NCBI GenBank assembly: GCA_963770835.1
Contig: CAVYRH010000026.1
Location: 704,001-768,000 of the forward strand
From: an uncultured Pseudomonadota bacterium
GTDB lineage: Bacteria; Oederibacteriota; Muellerivitia; Muellerivitales; Muellerivitaceae
Direction of reading: 5' to 3'
DNA length: 64,000 bases
Under the pieces are notes generated by a model. That model worked only from the letters and a program-made list of their open reading frames with translations. It was not told the origin of the DNA and made no database searches. Shown in pieces: positions 61,458 to 64,000 of the stretch (the first letter of the stretch is position 1; each line of letters begins with the position of its first letter). The position numbers were made by a program, and so were the translations under genes.

Positions 61458-62104
61458 GGGACCTTGGGTTCGATTTTTATGGATTGGATAACCCGATCAG
61501 ACATGGCGGCTGAAGTATCAGTTTCGTCGCAATGATGTGAATGGGAAATCCCTATTTCCCAGTATTGCTTTTTTTTTGAGATGAAAATTGTAGAGATGGA
61601 AGTTATGTCAAAAATCCCGCTTGTCTTTAATTCGTGTTTTACTTGAATGGTAACTAAAACGGCGGGTAGCCCTGAACATTGGATGGAATTTATTTTGTAT
61701 TCAACGCTATCCGCTGTTAATTTTTCTAATTTTAAAATTGATAAATAATCGTCAATCAATTTTTGGCGATCGTAATCGTTCCCTTGGCTGCCGAGGGAAT
61801 GGGCCACGAAGTTGACGTTTAATAACCCGAGTTGATTTCTGCCTCGCCAAGGCGCGGCGAATTTGAGATTGCGGATTGCATACAGTAAAGAGTCGGCCAC
61901 TGAAATTTTTGTTGAGATGCTTAAAGTTTTTTCTCCATCGTCTTTTTGTTGCCTATCAGCCACTAATGGATATGGGGCTTCAAGTGATATTCCGAAGTCA
62001 TTAAACTTATATTCTTTCCAATTGGGTTCATTGTTGTTTGAAACAGAACAGCCCATTAGAAACAGTAATGGAGTGAGAAAAAGAATTCGTCGGCAAGTAT
62101 TCAT
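61454..62104 (-). CDS. AT-rich hypothetical lipoprotein
   Basis: Lipobox LMG|C; lower GC than its flanks. Confidence 0.7.
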   Translation of the reverse strand: MNTCRRILFLTPLLFLMGCSVSNNNEPNWKEYKFNDFGISLEAPYPLVADRQQKDDGEKTLSISTKISVADSLLYAIRNLKFAAPWRGRNQLGLLNVNFVAHSLGSQGNDYDRQKLIDDYLSILKLEKLTADSVEYKINSIQCSGLPAVLVTIQVKHELKTSGIFDITSISTIFISKKKQYWEIGISHSHHCDETDTSAAMSDRVIQSIKIEPKVP

Positions 62105-62112
62105 GGTTCTTA

Positions 62113-63519
62113 TTATAAGGCTCGAAGTATTTTTTTTGCTGCGGCCTGACCGGCGGCGATGGTGTCGGGGATGCCGACCCCCTTCAAGCCGTTGCCCGCT
62201 AGGTACAATCCTTTATATTCCGAGGCTTTCTGCTCCAACCGGGAGGCCTGGCTTAAATGGCCGGGCCGGAAATAAGACATGGAAGCCTCGTAACGCGCCC
62301 AATGATGGACGATGGGCAGGCCCCGCAGTTTCAAAACGGGTTTTAATTCCTCCAAAACCTTATCCAAGACGGCGGATTCACCCTGGGCCTTGAGGCCCTG
62401 GACGGCTTCCGCCCCCAGGAAGACCCGCAGCAACACGCTACCCTCGGGCGCGCGGCCCTCGAATTTTTGGCTGGCGAAGGTGCATCCCACCACGAGTTTC
62501 TTCTCACGCGCGGGGACCACGAAGCCGAAGCCGTTCAAGGGGTGCCCCACGTCCTGGCGGCGGAAGCCCAGGTTCAAGGTGGCGGAGTCATGGGCCGGTA
62601 CTGCGGACAAAAGCTTTTCCCATTCCTTGTCCAAGGGGCCGATCAAGGGCCGCATCTTGGCGGGTTGGATGGCCAATACCACGCAATCCGCTTCCCGCGC
62701 CTGTCCCTGGGCGGAAACTTCCCAAGTGCCATGGTCGGTGGGCTTCAAGGATTGCACGGGGCTTTGAAGCCAGAAAGATTCGGCGGGGATTTGGGAGGCT
62801 AGGGTTTCAGCCAGGGCCTGCATGCCTTTCTTAAAGCTCACGAAAAGGGAATAGCGGGCGCCGGAAACCTGGGCCTGCGCGTTCAGCCTGCGGGCGGCCA
62901 TGGCCTTGAGGAGCGAGCCGTACCTCCGTTCCATTTCCTTGAAGCGGGGTATGCAGGCGTCCACGCTCAGGTCGTCCGGGTCGGCGTTGTAAACCCCCCC
63001 GATCAGGGGCTGGGCCAGAGCTTCCAAGACTTCCTTGCCCAGGCGCCGCCTCACGAAATCCCCCACGCTCTCATCCTGCGGGTCCCGGCGAACCCTCACG
63101 AAGGGTTCCAGGGCGGCCCTCAGTTTGCCCAGGGGCGAAAGAAGGGAGGTCGTCATCAAGGGCATCAGGCGGGAAGGGGCCAGCATGTAAAAGCCCTCGG
63201 GGATGGGATGCAGCTTGCCGCCCTTTAATATGAAGGACTGCTTCAAGGAGGAGTTGGTCTTGATCAGCTGGCCTTCCAGGCCCAGCTTTTTGCAGAGCTC
63301 CAGCGCGGCGGGCTTTTCGGTGATGAAGCAATCCGGCCCTTCTTCCATTAAGAAGCCGTCTTGCTCGACGGTTGTCAGGGTGCCGCCGGCCTTGTCGCCG
63401 GCGTCCAGGATGTTCAGCTCCAGGGGAATGTTATTTTCCTTGGAAAGTTCCAGAAGCCGCAAGGCGCAGGCCAGGCCGCTTACCCCAGCGCCGATGATGG
63501 TCACACGTAATGGATTCAT
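62113..63519 (-). CDS. hemY: Protoporphyrinogen/coproporphyrinogen oxidase (HemY type)
   Basis: IIGAGVSGL, EEGPDCF, GFGFVVP, GVGIPD; downstream of ferrochelatase. Confidence 0.92.
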   Translation of the reverse strand: MNPLRVTIIGAGVSGLACALRLLELSKENNIPLELNILDAGDKAGGTLTTVEQDGFLMEEGPDCFITEKPAALELCKKLGLEGQLIKTNSSLKQSFILKGGKLHPIPEGFYMLAPSRLMPLMTTSLLSPLGKLRAALEPFVRVRRDPQDESVGDFVRRRLGKEVLEALAQPLIGGVYNADPDDLSVDACIPRFKEMERRYGSLLKAMAARRLNAQAQVSGARYSLFVSFKKGMQALAETLASQIPAESFWLQSPVQSLKPTDHGTWEVSAQGQAREADCVVLAIQPAKMRPLIGPLDKEWEKLLSAVPAHDSATLNLGFRRQDVGHPLNGFGFVVPAREKKLVVGCTFASQKFEGRAPEGSVLLRVFLGAEAVQGLKAQGESAVLDKVLEELKPVLKLRGLPIVHHWARYEASMSYFRPGHLSQASRLEQKASEYKGLYLAGNGLKGVGIPDTIAAGQAAAKKILRAL

Positions 63520-63542
63520 ATCAACCTTAAAATTTAATAGCT

Positions 63543-63693
63543 GTCATTGCGAGAAGTGGCGATCGTATAGGTCGGTGGTTACGACGAAGCAAACCCAGTC
63601 TAAAAATTTTCCACATTGTGAAAAGGCTTGTTTAAAACTGAGGTTGCTTCGTCATGATCGCCCGCCTATTCGGCGGACACTCCTCGCAATGAC
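63543..63693. repeat. Palindromic intergenic element, GTCATTGCGAG family, copy 2
   Basis: Same termini and internal GACGAAGCAA/GGTTGCTTCGTC as 44094-44242. Confidence 0.85.
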
Positions 63694-63701
63694 CGCTTAT
63701 T

Positions 63702-64000
63702 CTATTGCAATGCTTCCTCGATGAGCGAGGAAAGCATTGCGATAAAGGAGGGCTTGGTGCCCACTGTTTTGGCGCGCACCATATGTAATCCCTTCCACTT
63801 CGCCTTTTCTGCCGCCTTCACGTCGATGTCGTAAAGCACTTCCACGTGGTCCACCAGGAAGCCGATAGGGGCCACCACGCAGGCGGAAAGGTCCTCATAG
63901 GTGCGCCGGTCGATGAATTCGGTCAAATCCGGTTCCAGCCAGGGTTCCTCGGGGCGGCCCGACCGGCTGGTAAAGGCGGTCTGGTAATAGGGCATGCACA
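63702..64000 (-). CDS. hemH: Ferrochelatase, C-terminal part (truncated by the window edge)
   Basis: SRSGRPEEPWLEPD, APIGFLVDHVEVLYDID. Confidence 0.9.
   Translation of the reverse strand, partial: CMPYYQTAFTSRSGRPEEPWLEPDLTEFIDRRTYEDLSACVVAPIGFLVDHVEVLYDIDVKAAEKAKWKGLHMVRAKTVGTKPSFIAMLSSLIEEALQ

Noticed and set aside
1..64000. tRNA, rRNA or recoded stop codons
   Set aside because: No cloverleaf or rRNA motifs recognised; conserved genes are full-length in the standard code apart from the local frameshifts

Overview
A GC-rich bacterial genomic window, probably from a diderm (it encodes a GT9 heptosyltransferase-like protein). The many Thr/Pro-rich secreted proteins with FlgD-like C-terminal domains recall uncultured lineages such as FCPU426, but that placement is inference only. 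No rRNA, tRNA, CRISPR array, transposase or integrase was recognised. (1) 0.1-15.7 kb: two paralogous secreted mucin-like (T-x-T-P) proteins bracket four polytopic GT-C-type glycosyltransferases (TMEM260/DUF2723-like, YfhO-like, one uncharacterised, TMTC-like; three carry TPRs). This is the best candidate for an undescribed bacterial mucin-type protein O-glycosylation and export system. A third such protein lies at 56-59 kb and a second glycosylation/methylation cluster with a YfhO-FkbM fusion at 24.6-33.2 kb. (2) A LacI/DUF4912/GH57/ROK alpha-glucan cluster, plus ilvD, bcp and dapF. (3) 33-46 kb: a stress/detox island with two ECF42-type sigma/YciI(DGPF) operons and four matching promoters in two -35 variants. 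(4) A degenerate duplicate of the pirin 3' end, several families of small palindromic intergenic elements, and a three-unit structured repeat downstream of a DksA/TraR gene. (5) About seven apparent single-base insertions between 49.7 and 53.6 kb break four genes; these are probably sequencing errors. (6) lemA/htpX-like genes, a GT9, a pseudouridine synthase, hemY and partial hemH. All calls come from reading motifs by eye; no database searches were run.
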